DNA of 64,000 nucleotides from contig OX597832.1 of assembly GCA_951406725.2 (NCBI GenBank), positions 59,520,001 through 59,584,000 of the forward strand. Direction: 5' to 3'. A program made the translations under genes and the position numbers. Position 1 is the first letter of the stretch. Every line of letters starts with the position of its first letter. This document shows positions 60,662 through 64,000 of this stretch, in pieces. The DNA comes from Octopus vulgaris (taxonomy: Eukaryota). The notes under the pieces were generated by a model that made no database searches, was not told the DNA's origin, and saw only the letters and a list, made by a program, of their open reading frames with translations.

Positions 60662-62291
60662 AGAAGTTACAAAAAAAAAAAAAGACGAAAACGGGTGTGT
60701 AAACAACAGATGTATTAGTTTCACGCTCGGGAAGTGAGAAAGTCTTTTACGTTTCGAGCCTACGCTCTTAGACAGAAAGGAACACAGAAATAAACAAGGA
60801 GAGAAAATAGAAAATGGTTTAGTGGCTAGCAATCAATCATGGCGAATGCCGGACAGAGGGGTCATACAGGAAAGCTAGGAAGAAAAGGAGATAATAAAGT
60901 AGAGGTGATTCCAAGACGAAGGTGTGAGTGCGTGTGTATGTGTGAGCTATTATGTGCATGTGGAAGGGGGCTGGTGACATTCACCCGGGCGTGTGTGCAT
61001 GTGTAGATGTGTTGATGATGGTGTAGGTGTTGGGAAGTCAGAACAAGAGAGGAGGGGTAGATGAAGAGGAGAGGATAGTTGAACCCATGTGACACAAAGG
61101 AGCGAAGGAAGAAGATTAATCCCTGCTCAGAGCGAAGACGGGAGCCCGGATGGCCGCTATGCAAGGACAATCCGAACACAGAGAGGTGTTGTAAAGCGTG
61201 ACCGGTAGAGCAGGAATGGCGCGAGACCTGGGTGTCGTTGCCGAGTCTGAGGCTCGGAGGTGTTCCGCGAACCGGTCAGCCAAGCGGCCTCTCATTTGAC
61301 CGATGTATAGAGAAGGATAGAGAGAGCAGAAGATGCAGTAGATGACGTTGCTAGAAGTGCAGGTGAAGGAGTTAGTGATATGATAGGGTCGATGATGGGT
61401 TTCTGTGCGGAGCGTGGTGTTGGAGAGGTACGGACAAGTGCGGGAGCGTGGGCGGGAGTAGGGAACGAGCCGAGTTGGGGGGTTGGGTTAGAGAAGGAGC
61501 TGTGGACCAAGAGGTCTCATAGGTTGTGGGCTCGTTTGAAGGAGGGGTTCGGTTATGGAAGATGTGCGAAGTGGAGGAATCGGAGAATGGTACATTGGAG
61601 GGGTAGGGTGGAGGGGTGGTAGGTGAGGGGAAACGGGAGACGGGTGACCGCAGGCGGGTGCTGGGAAGAGAACAGATGCACGGTCCACGGAACATGCTCT
61701 GGCAAGGGCGATGTGGATAGTGGTGAGGGGATATCCACGTAGGATGAAGTGGTGAGGCATGAGTTGAGACTGAGTCTCAAAGTCATGGTTGTCATTGAAG
61801 AGACTGCGTAAACGGAGGAATTGGGAATAGGGGACGGAGAGCTTGGTGTGTTTAGGGTGGGAGGAGGAGGAGAAGTTGAGGTATGAGTGTGAGTCTGTGT
61901 GTTTGTAGTGGATGGAGATGGTGAGAATGGAGTGATGAATGCATACCGAAATGTCGAAAAAGGCGATTGAGGTGTCGGAAATAGTGCAAGAGAAGTGGAC
62001 GGCAGTATGGAAGGATTTGACAAAAGAGAGAAAGGAGTCTAGATGTGCGCAGGGGAGTGAGGTCGCACCGATACTGTCGTCTGAACTATACGTCCGTATA
62101 GTTCAGGTGTGGAACCAGTGAAACTTGAGAATATTCGGGCCTCAACGTAACCAGCGAACAGGTTTGCATAGTTGGGGCCCACTCTCGTTCCTATGGCCAC
62201 TCCCGAGGGATGCTGGTAAAAATCACACGTGCACGAGAAGGAGTTAAATGAGAGGACAAGTTCGGCCATACAAAGGAGTGTGGATGTATCT
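60662..62291 (-). mobile_element. 5'-truncated, frameshifted Penelope-like retroelement (RT + GIY-YIG endonuclease + HHR-like 3' tail)
   Basis: Minus strand gives RT segment FYQHPSGVAIGTRVGPNYANLFAGYVE, then VPYSQFLRLRSLF..FILRGYP, then GIY-YIG segment SFTCTSSNVIYCIFC..LYIGQMRGRLADRFAEHLR..RLRSEQGLIFFL..HGFN. The 3' end abuts (GATA)n. Confidence 0.92.
60744..60779 (-). ncRNA. Minimal HHR-like motif in the PLE 3' tail, variant core
   Basis: CUUU-CUGUCUA-A-GAGC-GUAG-GCUC-GAAA-CG-UA-AAAG. The sister copy at 56596-56631 has core CUGUCGA. Confidence 0.6.
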
Positions 62292-62294
62292 TAT

Positions 62295-62466
62295 TCTTTT
62301 CTTATTCTTTTACTTGCTTCAATCATTTGACTGTGGCCATGCTGGAACACCTTCTTTCGTTGAACAAATCGACCCCAGAACATAAACCTAGAGCTTATTC
62401 TATTGTTCACTTTTGGTAAACACACCAGCATCGGTTGTCAAGTGATGGCGGAGCGAGCAAACACAG

Positions 62467-62511
<45 letters not shown>

Positions 62512-62664
62512 CGACAGGTTTCGTTCAGTTACCGTCAACGAAATCCACTCACAAGTCAGCTCGAGGCTGGGCTGTGGTAGAAGCCCAAGGTGCTACACAG
62601 TGGGATTGAACCCAGAACCATGTGACTGGAAAGCAAACTTCTTACCACACAGCCATTCCTGCGC
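62295..62664 (-). mobile_element. SINE family B
   Basis: Reverse-complement match to 49821-50241. Confidence 0.8.
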
Positions 62665-62672
62665 TTTATATG

Positions 62673-62742
<70 letters not shown>

Positions 62743-63672
62743 CATACATACAAACACACATACATATATATAATATATAATATAATATATATATATATAT
62801 ATATGTATATAAACAGAAGATACAAATATTACAGGCATCCCCCCCACACACACACACTAAATAAACATAGACGCACATAGAGATATAAGCATGCGCAAAT
62901 GAAGACATACAATAGAAATACAAAATGGTTGACGGTTAGTAAGGAGAGACACAAATAAGAAAGAAGAAAACAAAGGACCACTGATGCGGCCACAGGAGTA
63001 TATATAAATAGGAGTAGGGGACAAAGTAAAGAGCGTATCAAGGCATCCATGTGCAAAGTAAATGTTTAATTGAAGGGTGACAACTCACTTTACTTGAAGT
63101 TTTGTGTGAACAAAACACGCCTATTTCCTCAGATGCCCAGGTCACAGTCTGAGTTCAACATTCTAAGAATGTGCGTGTATTCGTATGCATGCCTGTTAAA
63201 TGTGTAGAATGATGTGTATTGGTACGGAATGGTTTAAGATCTTCATTTCGTGATCCTTAAGTTTCGTTTTCGATCTCACACTTGTGTGCATTGGACAAGT
63301 ATCTGCTTGGAATAAGCAGTCATTTATGCTATAATAAACTATTGAGCTACTTCCTTTGATCAAGTAACTGGAAAAATTAATCGTCGAAAACTACGTCAGA
63401 ACCATTTGCTTTGGGAGTGAAACAAAGAGACAATGCGAGTGAGAGAGAAAAACACAGAAATTGAGATACTTCACAGATTGACGCGCCTGCACACGCACAC
63501 AGACACACATATACACACACACACATACAAACACATATTCATGCCCACAAAATACGCAATCATATATATCTATTATACACATGAATCGCATCTATCCACA
63601 CATACCTATACATACATATATATAAGTATTTATATAATGCTCTCTCTCTCTCTCTTTCTCTCTCACACACAG

Positions 63673-63713
<41 letters not shown>

Positions 63714-64000
63714 CATATATATATATACATATATATACATATATACGTGTATGTGTGTGTGTGTGTGTGTGTATTGATTTGAGTACAAACTTTGCTTCAC
63801 AGTGATAAATATACACGTATTTGTAGAAGGGTTTTATGAAGTAAAGCAAAAAAAAGACTCGTAGACTTCCCTCTCTCTCTCTGTGTATATCTGTCAAACC
63901 CCATCTATGTATCTGTCTACCTATCTTTCTACCTATCTATCTATATACCTATCTATCTATCTTCCTATCTATCTATCTATCTATCTACTTATTTATCTAT

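Overview
This is AT-rich animal genomic DNA, most consistent with an octopus genome (an inference from the SINE families and the extreme microsatellite density). No intact host protein-coding gene can be supported, and almost every ORF in the track is translated microsatellite. The window is a mosaic of microsatellites, three abundant tRNA-derived SINE families (labelled A, B and C here) and decayed transposons. The transposons are an R4/Dong-type LINE abutting (TAA)n, a Penelope-like element (PLE) with RT and GIY-YIG domains plus a second fragment, a Tc1 fragment, an L1/Tx1-like relic, an RTE 3' end and a Helentron-type non-autonomous element. The main hidden signal is roughly a dozen minimal type-I hammerhead ribozyme (HHR) motifs from several unrelated families, read by eye. 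Nearly all have a palindromic stem III. Most sit in short fold-back insertions inside microsatellites, and one sits in the 3' end of the coding PLE. The most unusual object is a two-copy element made of a tRNA-like Pol III head, a (TAA/TGA)n body and an HHR-bearing tail; one copy also has an inverted copy of its tail upstream. It is a candidate Penelope-mobilised, ribozyme-tailed SINE. All folds and family assignments are by eye and need computational confirmation.
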